Source: Rhina ancylostomus
Taxonomy: Eukaryota
NCBI GenBank assembly: GCA_030265395.1
Contig: JARFYF010000051.1
Coordinates: forward strand, 35,250,079 to 35,312,695
DNA length: 62,617 bases
Direction: 5' to 3'
The notes beneath the pieces are model-generated. The model ran no database searches. It saw only the letters and a program-made list of their open reading frames with translations, and was not told the origin of the DNA. Numbering within the stretch: the stretch's first letter is position 1; each line of letters opens with the position of its first letter. A program made the position numbers and the translations under genes. Positions 1-13,359 of the stretch are shown here, one piece after another.

Positions 1-571
1 CCTCCTGTAAAACTGAAGCAATTTATATTATTAGGTATATTTTGTTGCTTTACTTCCCCACTCTGGATTTCCCGATGCAAGTACTTAAAAATCCAACCAT
101 TTTTTGCCTTTAATCTGGGCTACTTGCACTTAGTCCTCCCTTTTGGGTGCATCTGTCACTGGAATAGAGACAGAAGCATTAGTTCCTTTCCTAGTATCTT
201 TGATCAACCAGACCACTGAATGGGCAGTTACTCGACTTTGTGTGTGGCCCACCAACAGTAAAACAAATTTCATATAGTCTGGTTTGAAATTACATAGATT
301 GATTTCTATGTAATGGTTTTAAGTGTATAAAATATTGGAGGAAAAGTTGAAGCTTTGGCCATGCACTGGAATTCTTCATAATCCTTGCCTTCCTGCTGTT
401 CCTTGAAGGCACTGCATCAGACCTACATACTTGACTGAGCTTTTGGTCATTTCACCCAATCAGTTTTTGTCATACTTCCCTAACTTTTCTGTAAAACCTA
501 TTGTGATGCTATACTTTACAGGCTGCAATACAAACATAAGCTGCTAATTTTAATGGGTGTTCTTATTTAAA

Positions 572-822
572 GTATTTGACAAGGTTTGTCATGGTAGGCT
601 GGTCCAAAAGATTAATTCGTGAGATAAAAAAATTGGCTTGGTCATGGATGACAGAGGGTGGTGGAGGAGGGGTGTTACTCTGACTGGCCAGTAGTCTCAA
701 AGGCCAGTAGTGTTCCACAAGGCTACTTGCAGGCAGATGGGATTAATTCAAATGGCATCATGACTCGCACAGACTAGGTGGGCCAAAGGGCCTGTTGCTG
801 CGCTGTACTGTTCTGGGCTCTG
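572..822 (+). mobile_element. CR1/HER1-type LINE remnant: RT-coding piece joined to 3' tail
   Basis: tttgacaaggtttgtcatggtaggctgg (FDKV.HGRL motif) through gtgttccacaagg (VPQG), followed directly by the tail ...gtgggccaaagggcctgttgctgcgctgtactgttct. Confidence 0.75.
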
Positions 823-2212
823 ATTTGTAAAATCAGTTTGCTCTAAATGTGAATGCATCTTCATGCTCACCTAAGTCAGGAGTAAAGGAGAAAATGAATA
901 TTTTGAACATTGTGCGATCTTTCCCTATTCTGTATGTAAGTAAATTAATGTATTCCTCATTTGAGGTTATCTGAAAGGAATGATATTGCCATTTTATATT
1001 GAGTGGCAAGATTTATTGGACCTTGTATTCAAAAACTGCACACCTAAGTGAATTCTTCAATGAATTGAATAAAAATAATGTGTACTTTCAAATTTTATTG
1101 GAAAGGCTACTTTCATTAGAAGTGAACAGGCAAAAAATTTAGGTTCTTGCATTGAAAATTTTGATGAGGGATTGAGGCTATTGAAATTGTTTATTAAAGG
1201 AGAAAAATTGACCTTTTGCTGTTTTAATCCAACCTTGCTTTAATGTATTTAAGTATATTGAAAATGAAGTGATTGTGGTATATCCACATAGATACAGCTG
1301 TTCATTTTCCACTGAGGTGGTTGCACAATTTTTAATTGCATGAACTGAAAGTTCCCACCAGACAGGCAGAGATTTCATGGTAAAATTATATGGAAACTTA
1401 TTGGATTGTCTGTCAACGAAAGCTGTTGACCAATACGTTAAAGTTGGTGTCAGATGTATATCCTGCAATCAACCATGCCTGTGGCTATGAGAAAGTTGTT
1501 AGCATTTTCATAGAGACTGTAACTAATTGGCACTTGAGTCAATTAGAAAACGTGATCACATTAACACATTACACTTCACCATTTCAAGATCTTTCAACAA
1601 TCACATCCCACTGTACAGAAGAATGATGGGCTGCCCAGCATGCTAGTGTTGGTATTTACACTTCTATCTCTTAAAAATCTGCTTGCAAAATGTTCCTTGT
1701 TCCAATAATCATCTATGCATGAGCACAGCAATGCCAGATTGAGGAGACTTGCTTGAAAAGATGTATTTCATACAAGACAACCTAAACAAATCTATGCTTT
1801 TGTAGATGAAGTAAGTCCCTTTCCAATAATTTATAATTTTTATGTAATAATACTTTTAAAATGCCAATGCAAGCAATTTTTTTTTTCACTTTCATAATTG
1901 ATTTCAGAGGAGGTTGTATATTTTTTTCAGGATTTTTAAAAAAATTTTTGGTCTGATTCAGTTTTCAAAGTTTAAAACAAATGATGTGAAGGAGGCCACT
2001 GTTCTCATGCCTTGGCTTTCTTCAGTTTTTAAAGAGTTCAATTTTAAGCACCTTGAATGATTTTGGAAAACTCTGGCATGGCTTTGTATCCTTAAATGAT
2101 AATGAGAGCTGTATTCCATGTCAACATAGGTTAATGGGAGTTTGGTTTAATGTTCACTAGAATAGAGTTAGCCCATGGAAATTTTCTCCATATAATCTAG
2201 AACAATGGGAGT

Positions 2213-2330
2213 CAGGGCATGTATGATGAATAATGAGCTGAGTCTTATGACTGCATTAGTTACTTGGGCAGGGCCTTGTATGAATGCATTAGTTACCAGG
2301 GGACTGAATTGTATATAACTACATAATGCA
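2213..2330. repeat. Degenerate 33-bp tandem repeat, about 3 copies
   Basis: tatgactgcattagttac at 2246 and tatgaatgcattagttac at 2279; weaker copy at 2312. Confidence 0.6.
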
Positions 2331-5300
2331 GTGAGAGCTACAAACAATATGGATGCAGAGTGTAGTGAGTATCTGCTTTCCTAAGTGATTGCACTCAAAT
2401 CTATTGCATAATGTTTTTTGTAGGGTAGGTTGCACACTGCTGCAAATTGAGAGACGTAATTGCCTCCTGCTTCACAGTGGCTGTCTAAGCCTGACCTAAA
2501 GCATGTCTCTGCATCAATGATAAGAGGAATTCTTTTTCAAAAACACAATTGTTCCTGGCAAAGTGTCTTTTAATTACACAATTTTCACAGCCTTCTCTAT
2601 GACCTAAAGTTAACTGCATATGAATTGTTTGTTAAATCATTGTGGTGGAGAATATTGAATCTGAGGCAGTAACTTGTGTTAGCATTGATTCAATAATGCT
2701 GTCAACTTGTCAACAGGGCAGTCATTTACTACTGTGGCAAAACAACCTTGACAGCATTTGCAAGAGCGTTATTCTATAGTTAGAAGACCTTGGGTTGCCT
2801 TTTCTCCCCCAAGCTTTGCTGGAGCTGTGGTGTGACGGGACAAAAAAGCCGCCGCCTTTGATTCTATACTGTCGTGCACAGACTGATGTGCATCGTTCCT
2901 GACAGCCATAAATGTTTAATCATTTCAGACCCCATTGTCCAGACGCTTTCTTTCTGGTCCAAGAGCCTGAGGAGATTTGTATTCACGGTTCTAGGTCACT
3001 CACAGAGAAGCTACAACCATCTATTATAAAAGGACTGCAAGCACAGTAGAGAGCTGCATGACATCAAAATATCAGCACTTTTATCCTTAATACAAAATTG
3101 AATTATCTCACAAACTAACATTTGTGTCCCATAGAGGTACCATTGATTTCATCGGTTATTCCTTAAAATTGTTACAGTGGCATTTGTTAAAGTCTTGTTC
3201 AATAAGCAAAATTCAGATTGACAGAACATGTATCTAATAATTACGAAACTTCATATTGAAAATGATTGAAGTGAAAGCTTTGTATCTGCACAATATCTTG
3301 GCATGCTATTAAGTTGACTGACATCTCAAAGGTTGTGTCCTTTTCATTTTGAATTATTGAAGACTTCTTAACAACCAGGAAAGGTAAAGGCAGCAGATGA
3401 TACTGTTGTTGCAAGCGCTAATATCCCAAAGCTCTCAGTTTGTTTTGAAGTCCTGTTTTCTTTGATTAAACTGCTGCTACTGCAATTCTGCATGCACAGC
3501 CCAATCACTGGATAGATTTATAAACTTGCAATGCAAAAATAGGAAACTGAAAGATTTTAAATGTTAGTTCTAAGCCCATTCTGACTGCTTTGTGTTGTCT
3601 GAGGTGTTCATTTTAAGAGAATCTTAAAGGATTAGGGTATAGATTTATCCTTTATCAAATTGTTTTATGAGGCACAACCAATTGAGGTTGTATTTTGTTT
3701 AAATATTTAATGTATCAACTAATTGCTTAACTGCATATTATATCTCAAACCACAGTAGTTGAGGTTATGAGTCAATTAGAGATTATGCCATAATTAAAAG
3801 AAAATTGTTTTGCAAACATTAGATTTGAAATGGCTGGATGCAGAATTCAAGTAAATTTCCTACAATTATCCAGTTCCTGATGCATAACAAACTGAGAATG
3901 GTCATTTCATTGACGTGATCAAACAAAAGAGCAAAATTGAAGTGTTTCTAACTATCTCTTGAATATCTGGCAGCAATTGAATGCTCCCACATGATTAACA
4001 CTGATCAGTACTTCTCACTCGATAGAGGTTCTCTGATAAGAGTATTTAAGATTTTATTTAAGATCACTTCCTTTTCAGTTCTCTGGTCAGACTGAGGGAG
4101 AAGGTGTTCTCCAGTTAACCTTGCTTGCAATTGTTTCTGTGTGTGCGTTTTTGCACTTGTTTTGCTAATGGATGTTCTGGCACGTGGTTTTTCAGTCCCT
4201 TGTTAATCTCAGTCATCTATGACCACTATGTGAAGTGTGATAGGTCACTGCATTGTTTGATCCCATCTCTCCAGAGATGATCAGAGAATTTTGTACTATA
4301 AACAGTAATTCATCACAGTTATAAAATTTACTGAAGTAATCACTCAATGCCTCTATGAAGTGAGAAATCCTTGTCCTAATGATTCCCTGAGCACCATAAA
4401 GTTAAATGTTGCAGTTCACATTATTTTGAACTAATTATGCAAGTACAAGAAAGATGTGTTTTCTGAAGGGAATGTGACAAATTACTGGCACAAGTAATTT
4501 GTTTGCAACAGGGTAATCATGCAATGAATTATGGTTTCAAATAACTGGGTGATCCAAAGCAAAATTGCAACATGAAATTGGACGAAGCTTATTAATATTA
4601 TGTTTATCTTAATTGAGGAAGGAGGCAGGAACTTCCTAGTAGCCAGGGAAAAAAATGCCATAATTATCTTTGTGGTTCGATTGGCTTACTGTTAATTTTT
4701 AAAAGGATCATGTATCATAAAGTAGCCTCAAGCTAAATTGCTTTATATAATGGGTTGCTGACGAATAGAATTTGAAATGCCACAAATAAAGCAAAATACC
4801 TTTTGCATGGAGATATCTCAGCTACACTGCATTTATGGATGTGACCATTCAGAAGGAGATCTGTTAATCTGATTTTATTCTATATAAACTACAAGGTGTT
4901 CACTAAATTGGTTTTCAAACACACGTAAAAGTAAGATGTTCTGGAGGTCACTAGTGCACGGGCAGGTCACTCCCTTCACAAGGATGCTTCAAGGAGAAGA
5001 AGAGTCGATGGGTTCTGCCAAATTGTCATCACTCAACGAGAACTTCCTTTAACAAGAGATCTGAAGTGAAAGTTACCAGGCACCAAAGCCTCAGTTAGCC
5101 TACCGAGCCTGCATGTAATTGTAGGGTTGGGTTAGGACCCATTTAAAATGGATTAAGTTACCTTAGATATTGTTTTACTTCCTTTTTGGTCTAAATGCCT
5201 GATTCAGTGTTTAGCATTAATGAATAGCTCCTTTGACTTCAAATTTGCAGATTACAAATGCATTGATTTCAAAAGGACCTTTACTAAGCTTGAGCTTGAA

Positions 5301-5724
5301 CTCTTTCTTCACACAATAAATGAATGGGATTTCTCTGAAATGATCTGTGCCACACTAATGTTAACAATTTTCTTTATGTTCTGTCTCAGTTTCCAAATAA
5401 ACTTGTATACTTTAACCAAGTGGTTTGGAGTGGTTGGAGGGGGCAGAGTAGTCTCTAAAATGAGGTAGCAAGGTTCTACTTCTTGCATGGAGTTTTGTTT
5501 TGCTGTGTTCCAGGGGTCCCATGAGATCTTGGCTCTAAATTCAGAGTGTGTTTACACTCATATGATGCAAACACACAGCAAGCTGTTTCACAGCAACTGC
5601 TCATTTATTGCATAAATACACCTAAAATGCATAATAGACTTCATTTGCATGATGTGGGCCACCATCTTGAACTGCTGTAACCAATTTGGTGAGGGAACTC
5701 CCAAAGCTGTTGCATAGGGTCCCA

Positions 5725-5995
5725 GTGATTTCTAAGGAACGATATACTTCCTAGTCAAGATGGTGTGCAACTTAATGGGAAGCCTCTGGTTCGCGGTGTG
5801 CTTGTGCTACTGCTTTAGTCCTTCCAGGAGGTGCTGTTGGAGAAGCTTTGGCAAGTTGGTGCAGTGTTGGTGTTGCATGCAGTAGCTCCTGTATATCTGT
5901 GAAGTGAATGTTTACTATAGCAGGGTGTTAATCAAACAGCTTGCTTTGTCCCAGATGATTTTGGTTTTCTAAGTGTTGGTGCTGCACTTATCTCA
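5725..5995 (-). mobile_element. Old fragment of the CR1/L2-group LINE seen at 57620-58636
   Basis: aaggaacgatatacttcctagtcaagatggtgtg...gctgcacttatc aligns by eye with 57790-58092. Confidence 0.6.
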
Positions 5996-6540
5996 ATATT
6001 TGGCACAAAGGAGCCTCTTTTATTTCTTGGCGTTACTGATTTCCATTGTCAATCTCATTTCTTGTTTACTTCTGTCCTTGACGTTTTCGATCTACTCCAA
6101 GAAAGATGCTGTAATGTGATCTTTAAGTGTTCAATAATTTAGCGTGGAATTATTAGAATGTAATGGCAATCCTTAAGAATTTGTCGAAAGGAAAAAGTCA
6201 GACAAATTTCGACGTGGCTTTATCCTGCAGTAAGGGTGAGGAAGTGTTAACCACTGAAGGAATGGCCTTGATTATAAAATTCCACTGAATATTTTCATTA
6301 GGGGATTTATTAAAAATCAAATGGACAAGAAGCAGAAGCATGATTACACATGCCATTTTCACCAAAGTGGGTTGTTACTTTGAGTGACTTGTTTAGATTC
6401 TGATTAAAATCTGAAATGTGTATTTATTTTGATATTTTCAAATGAGCAATATTCTGTAAGACCATTTTTAGTGAGACTTTTGTGAACTATGTTTATACTT
6501 ATTGATGCATGATCTTGCATTTTTATGTTGCTTCCCCCAG

Positions 6541-6556
6541 GAAAATGTAAATCCAA
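6541..6556 (+). other. Candidate 16-nt microexon of an unidentified host gene
   Basis: ttttatgttgcttcccccag|GAAAATGTAAATCCAA|gtaagt; UGC motifs upstream; repeat-poor context. Confidence 0.4.
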
Positions 6557-6992
6557 GTAAGTATTAGAAGAAACTTTATCCTGATAAAAGTTCTCTTTCT
6601 GGCCAAGGACCCTGATTGAATTTGGCCAAGGCCAAAGTTGTCATCATGCAAATTTCCAGTAGAACAACTTCCAGTGCTTGGCACTTATGGCAAATGTGCT
6701 TGGAAGACTTCAGTTTATTATTGAGGTTATTGCTAAGGTTATAAGCAGATGAACATATGAATAAGATAAGCAGGAAAAGAATATCTAGTCCTTTTGAGCT
6801 TGCCCATCCAGATGATTGGACTGTCATAGCTAAACTCTTCTCTCCAAGCATCTCAGCCACCTTGCACTCATGCCTGCAGATATTTTGTGTCTTAGGAGAG
6901 ACCAAACAAAAGCCAATAGGAAAATATGCAGGACTGTTAATGTACTCTGCGAGGGTTGCATGAGTTTAATTTTAGCTGGGTCACAGGGTCTG

Positions 6993-7092
6993 NNNNNNNN
7001 NNNNNNNNNNNNNNNNNNNNNNNNNNNNNNNNNNNNNNNNNNNNNNNNNNNNNNNNNNNNNNNNNNNNNNNNNNNNNNNNNNNNNNNNNNNN
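6993..7092. other. Assembly gap (100 N). Other gaps: 24603-24763, 25940-26017, 40463-40531, 42927-43019, 49033-49068, 52768-52867, 60855-61004
   Basis: Runs of n in the sequence. Confidence 1.
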
Positions 7093-8169
7093 CTGGTAAT
7101 ATCAATAAAGATATTGATGGTCTGTATTATCTCTGGAGGTACGATGTGGAGTTGAGAACATTCCAGCTCTACCTTGAAGATAAACACAGAGTAAATACAC
7201 ACTGTACATGTATTCCAGAGACATCCTGACATCGGGCCAAAATGAAACTGCATAGTAGTCTGTTCCTACTCTCTCATCTTGTGTGAGCTCCTGGCCTCTG
7301 AGTTTCACCCCCTCCCTAATATTAGTAACTGGTCATTGTGGAATATCTTGCCTGGCTTCTTCAAGACAGTAGAATTTATTTCAAAATTGGGAAGCAAGCT
7401 ACTGACACAAAGCTAAACTCCATTTCTGTTTCTAAAGCTGTCATGCATCCCTTCCTGACCAGGATCCACCTGGCTTGTCCATATGGTCTGTCAGCTCTTG
7501 CCATACTCCTCACCCTTGCCTCTTTTTCGTGGCTGTCACCTGCCATGGTGCGACTTGAACTCTGGTCTCTAGATCACTAATCCAAGTTTTTCAATCACTT
7601 GATAATAAATGAACAGCTGTGAATCAGTGTGACACTTGCAGTTTCACCCCCTTCATCGGCTTTTTGGTGACATGTTGAAAAAGCTGCTACAAATGTGCAA
7701 TACGCTGATTGCATTTGGAAGTAATGTTTATCAAAATTTATTCAGTCTATAGCACAACGTCTTAACCGTCATGGATCAAAATGAACAGTCAGAATACAGC
7801 AATGATGCTAGGCTGCACTGTGTCTTTGGGCAACTTGAAACTGTCTGACCAATTGCTTGCATTCATGCAACAGGAGTACCAGCAAACAAAGTTAGGCACC
7901 AAACTAAATTGAGGTTTGAGAACATGATTGGAAGCTTGATTAATGAGGTTGATTTTTGATGAGAAAGAGAGGTGATGAGAGAAGGAACATCATTGTTTGC
8001 CATTTACAGATAGCAGTCACTGAAGGGAAAAAAAAATCAGATGTGCAAGAGGAGGAATGTTGACATTGTCCAGACATGGAGGAGATTAACTGCAGACATT
8101 GTTTTTGAGTGCGATTTGTGATATAGCCTGAATTGCAGATGGATGGACAGAAATTTACCAAAGTGGCTT

Positions 8170-8300
8170 TCAGATAGCCATGTGAATTTGCAGGGATACA
8201 GATTACATGCAAGCAGAAGGGATTAGTTTAATTGGCATCCGGCTTGACACAGACATCATGGACTGAAGGATCTGTTCCTGTGTTGTACTGTTCTATGCTC
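8170..8300 (+). mobile_element. CR1/HER1-type 3' tail
   Basis: gggattagtttaattggcatc...ggactgaaggatctgttcctgtgttgtactgttctatg; same tail as 22695-22855. Confidence 0.75.
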
Positions 8301-9659
8301 AATGCTGCAACGATTTTCATGTAATTGTAGAATACCAACTACTTGAAGTTGACTTGGTTAGATTTGTCTCAAAGTGCAAAAGAAGTTCAATTGCAAGCAT
8401 TGAGCCCAAGTTTCCATATATCTGTTGCATCTTTTTCCACTTGCCTCAATGAAAATGGCGGTCCTTAAGACAGGGCTGAACATGGAGCAACATGTCTGGG
8501 GTGGGGGTAAGGGGGAGGAACCTGGCTAGATTCAGTTTCAGATGAGTGTAAGCTAGATGCAAATGTCAGAAAGCTAAATAACAGTTTAATAGTTTATTGC
8601 TCAAAGGAGATCTGACAAGTTATTGCTGTTACAGGTGTAAATAATCCTAGACTAATAGAGCATCATCAGGTTAAAATGTGACACCTCATCAAGAATATTT
8701 TCAAAGGGTGATGACAGAAGTCTGCCTTGGAAGCAGTGAAGTTATACTTAAAGCGAAACAACTGGTCCAGTAATTGATTAAAAAATAATTTAAGGTGAAA
8801 ATAAGCAAGAGTGAAGGTGCCACTTTTGAGAAAAGTCTGGAGTGGAAGAAACCTGAATCCAGAATGAGCAACAATATTCCTCTGGTAAATCTCTGCAAGG
8901 TTTAAAGCTGATTTGATAACTGTTGCTCTGCAGAATTTAGAATATCCTGCAAGTGCTGCTTCCATTTAAGAAGAGAGCTGCAAACTGTTGCATTATCCTT
9001 AGGCGAGAATGATCCAGAGGCCGGGAAATTCAGGATGATCATTCAACAGGTAGAACCATCGAGCATGAATGAATCCCTGGAGCTCTACCTGCAGAAGGTG
9101 GCAAATTTTTGTCAGTGTTACCTTAGAAAATCAAGGCAACAATGGTTCTTTACACCAGTTCACATAGTAGTGATGATCCCAGAGGATCTTTAGTAGGGTT
9201 AGGTGGCCTCTGCCAGATCCCTTCTCCCTTTTCCACATTTGCTGCCTCCTAGCAAAGAAGCCTTGCCTTCATTTCCCTCTCAAGCCTCAGATGTACAAGA
9301 GGCTCCACGAGATCCTGACTTAAGTACCAATTCTTTGTAAAATGGAAAATTTAAACTGCTAAATGCTATGACATTTCTAGATACTTTGCAACTCAACTTC
9401 TGCATTATTGACGCCAAGGTCTGCTCCAATTGGTCCCCAATAGACCCACAAGTAAATTATAAACTGACATGTAACCCGCAGTCCCCTGAGACGTGGGGTT
9501 TGTTGATGGACGGCATCAGCTTGAATAAAGGAAAATAAGTACAAAGTAATAGGCCGTGATATGTTTTTACAAACTGGAGGATGGAAGGCAGTGAGGTCCT
9601 CCAGACCTCTGTTTTCTGAGGAGTGTGCAAATAATTGGCACATCAGGGTAGTAAAATTT

Positions 9660-10480
9660 TAAGGCACCAAACTTGGAGTTGTGGCAAAGTGCAGAAAACC
9701 AAATGCAAGAAGACAAAGGCTGGCAAAATGTGTGCAAAGTTTGCAGATAGAATTCAATACACAAGTGTGAGGTGAAGTATTTTGGCAGGAATGGGGAGAG
9801 ACTATGCACAGTTCTAATATGTATGAAAAGTGAGAGCTGGAGTTCATGCAGCAGGAGACACAAAGCATATGAGATTCATAAATATAGGTATTGAGTGTAA
9901 AAGCTCAGAAATTTTGCTGAAGATTCCCTTACTGTTCTGGTTAAGTATCCAGTTCTGCCCATCAATCTTATGACAGTTATGAAGGTCATTGAACAGGTGC
10001 AGAGGAAATTTACCAGAATAGTTCCAGGGATGAGGAAATTTGGCTTTGAGGCCAGGTTGGAGAAGCTGGGGTTTCCTTGGAGCTCAGGAACTTGAAGAGA
10101 GATAAGATGGAGGTGTACAAGATTATAACAGGTTTTGGTAAGATTGGCAAAGAAATGCTATTCCATAAGCTAATGGTACAAGGACCAGGGGATAAAGATG
10201 TAAGATTTTGTGCAAGATCAAAGGTTGGGGGTGGGAGGAGATGTGGATGTGAGGAAGAGATTTCTTTGCATGGTGAGTGGTCGTGACCTGGAACACTGCT
10301 CCTCCAAGGATGGTGGAAGCAGAATTGATCAATGATTTCATAAGATAATTGGTTGGCACTCCACAGAAATCTGCTTGTATGGCTGTGAGGATAGAAGGGG
10401 AGAATTTTACTGACTGGATTGCTTTAAAGAGAGTTGGCATACATTTGATAAACTGCATGGCTACTTTCTGCGCCATAACA
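9660..10480 (+). mobile_element. Decayed CR1 LINE, C-terminal ORF2 and 3' UTR
   Basis: ORF 10077..10286 LRNLKRDKMEVYKIITGFGKI (CR1 RGDLIEVYKI motif); gaacaggtgcagaggaaatttaccagaatagttccagg (VQRKFTRIVPG). Confidence 0.8.
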
Positions 10481-13064
10481 GCTGACTCTTCAGGTTAATT
10501 TCCATGGTATGTCCTGTACTGTCTTGAGCTCAATGTGCTTTCAGCATATATATGTGTTGCAGAATGATGAATGTTATTCAATGTTTCTGGGTGAGATGTG
10601 CTTTAAGTCCCATTTATCTTGATATATAAAATATACTATTTGTGTGTATGTATGTGTATATAATAGCAATGTGACTGGAATCTGAATTGACTTGCAAGGG
10701 TCATGCATCGGAATCTTGAATTTTGTTTCTGATGATCCACAAAAACAGGGCTGTGAATGTTTATAACTTTAAAGCATACCGTGTGAAGCCTGAGATTTGT
10801 CACAAGATCTTCAACCTGAGAGGAAAAACATCGACATTAGTTTTAGAAATTGCTTGTATAAGAGTTGAAGTTATGTAGCAGATGGTATTAACACAGCAGA
10901 AATTATATCAACAATTCTTGACTTGAGGGGATTAATGGAGTGAGAAAATAGTATGACTGATACATTGCCAGGGATTCATTTTGTCCAGTTGATACTTCAA
11001 AGGTGCTGGATTTCTGAGCCCACTTTGACTTAATACTGAACTTTATCAGACACCCAACAATTATATATTTAAAGCTCTTGAAACTTTTTGGCACTGAGTT
11101 CTGTTTAAGGATTTATTCTTTATGGATGTAAACTTATGAAATATGCTGTTACTTATTAACATCCTCGTGAACCAAAGAATTTTTGCACAGACTTCAGATT
11201 CCTGGCTGTCAGCCTTCACAGAATACCAATCTGAGATCATGTCAACTGTTCTATCCCTCAGGTAAGTGTTGTGAAGTACAGCCGTGAAGGATCAGCTACT
11301 TCATTACAAAATACCTTATTGCAGAAAGGGGCTTGAACCAACAAATGTGGAAAATGGCTGCACTGTGATGCGGTACTGAAATACTCCAAGCAACTTTGCC
11401 ATGTTATTTGAATTTGCTGAATACTTATAGAAATCAAGGGATAGGGTCACTTCTGATTTGAGTTTTCATGCCCATGTGTCACGAAACAAATTGCTGAGAG
11501 AAATCTAAGTTCAACCTGTTTTCTTTGAAAAAATTTAATTGAGATTTCTTTACATTAAGAGCCAAAGATCAGCAAGTTACATTTGACTTGATTGCAAAGA
11601 TTCAGTTTTAGAATTGAAACTTCCATTCCTGTGTACATACAACAAATACCAACGATTAACTCGTTCTTTCTCCCTCCATGACAGTGTACTATGAGTCTCT
11701 TGTGATACAGTTCTTTCCCTCTTCCTCCCAGAGATGTGCAGTAGTTGTCACAAGCTGGGTTCTAATGAAGTTAGCCATTTGACAAAGAAGACCTGTATCC
11801 AAAATACATGCTCCTTTCTTTCTATGGATGCTGACTGAGCTGTAAGTTCCTTAAATTTTCTGTTTTGATTTCCAGATTTTTTGCCTTTTCATGTAAGACT
11901 CAACAAATACTCATTCTAGTGATTACTTTTACTTTTGCACAGCTTCTTATCCAGAGATCAATTGGATGGGCTCTAGTGTAGATGGAAATAAATGGCATAG
12001 GAGGTGACTTGATGAGGTTTCTGTCTTTTGTCATTGGTTCCATTTTTGTATTTAGCAATGTGCACCAAATGGTATTGAAACGTAACCAGCATTAATGTTA
12101 GATAGCCTTGTATAATGGCAGGAACCATGAAGTGGAAGTCTCCAGAATGTAACAATGCAGATGACTAAGTGTTTGTAGATCTATCAGGTAACCCCAACTG
12201 TTGAGCAATAAAGTTGATACTTTCTGTAAGATTCTTTTTAACAAAAACAATGCGTTCTGAACAAAGGAAACTTTTTTTTAAATGAAGAAAGACACATTAT
12301 ATGCAACTTGCTTAAGCTGGTTTAGTTCCCTTGGAGACTTACTATCAGCATCAGTCATTTGATTTTCAAGAAAGGTTGTTAGAATTTCCATGTCAATTTT
12401 ATTAGAATAAGAAAAAAAACAAGGCTTCCATAGAATGAAATCTAGATTTAGATCTAATTTCCCTGTAGAGAGTAAGATTTAAATATACAGGGAATTTGCT
12501 TTGCTCTCTGTAGCTCTAAATGCATTTCATTTACCTAAGCTGTTCGAATATCAACTTAGTGAGAAGGCAGAAAGGATCTCGTGTACTAAAATTATTCTTC
12601 TATAAACTTGTTGAGGCCACATTTACGAAGTACTAGAGCCAAATGCTCTTTATTCTCACACAGGGAAGAAGGATAAGGAAAATTACTTCTAACCTCAAGG
12701 AACAGATAGCTTTAAGTCTGTTGTTATGAATATGTGGGATGAAATAGGAATTTCATAGTTCAGTACTGTTTGGGGAAGAGTGATCACAGAATGATGGAAT
12801 ATCACTTCATCGTTTTGAGGTTAACTTTCATATTAGTCTTAAAGGTAATTGTATGAAGGGTGAGTTGGATAAAGTAGATTAAGAACTGGATTAAAAACTG
12901 AGCAGAGGTGACCATTTCAAGAAATATTTCAATGAATATACATTCCTAAGTAAGATATGGGAAAAATGATCTAACTACAACTAAAAAGAAAGATGGTCTT
13001 ACTTTGAATGAAAAGTACTAGACCCAAGTGTTGGAAGTATTTTTAAAACCCAGCCGAGGGTGAC

Positions 13065-13160
13065 CAAAATAGAGGTTGCAGGAATATTTTGCAGATCGGG
13101 CAGCATCTTTGGAGACAGAAAACAAACTTGATCTTTGGGTCAAAGACCATTAGTCAGGAT
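13065..13160 (-). mobile_element. Penelope-associated terminal-repeat fragment
   Basis: gcaggaatattttgcagatcgggcagcatctttggagacagaaa resembles 30040-30150. Confidence 0.55.
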
Positions 13161-13359
13161 TCACAAAACATTGATAAAGAGGGAGTCAAGATAATGAGAG
13201 TAAATGAGAAAGAAGTAGAAAAACAGCTTGTGCACGAAAAGGAAAAGAATTAGCAGAAGAGTGAAGTAACAAAAGTAAACCAGGGAGATGCAAACCAGTT
13301 CACCTAACCTTAGTGGTCAGGAAAATGCTGAAATCCATAATTAAGGATTCAAATAACCT

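Noticed and set aside
1806-1810. 5-nt microexon (ttttgtag|ATGAA|gtaagt)
   Set aside because: Weak acceptor tract; such short AG..GT spacings occur by chance.
11191-11261. Possible 71-nt + strand exon (ttttgcacag|...cag|gtaagt)
   Set aside because: Short pyrimidine tract, unrecognised peptides, and a stop in the frame needed to follow 6541-6556; not excluded as a non-coding or cryptic exon.
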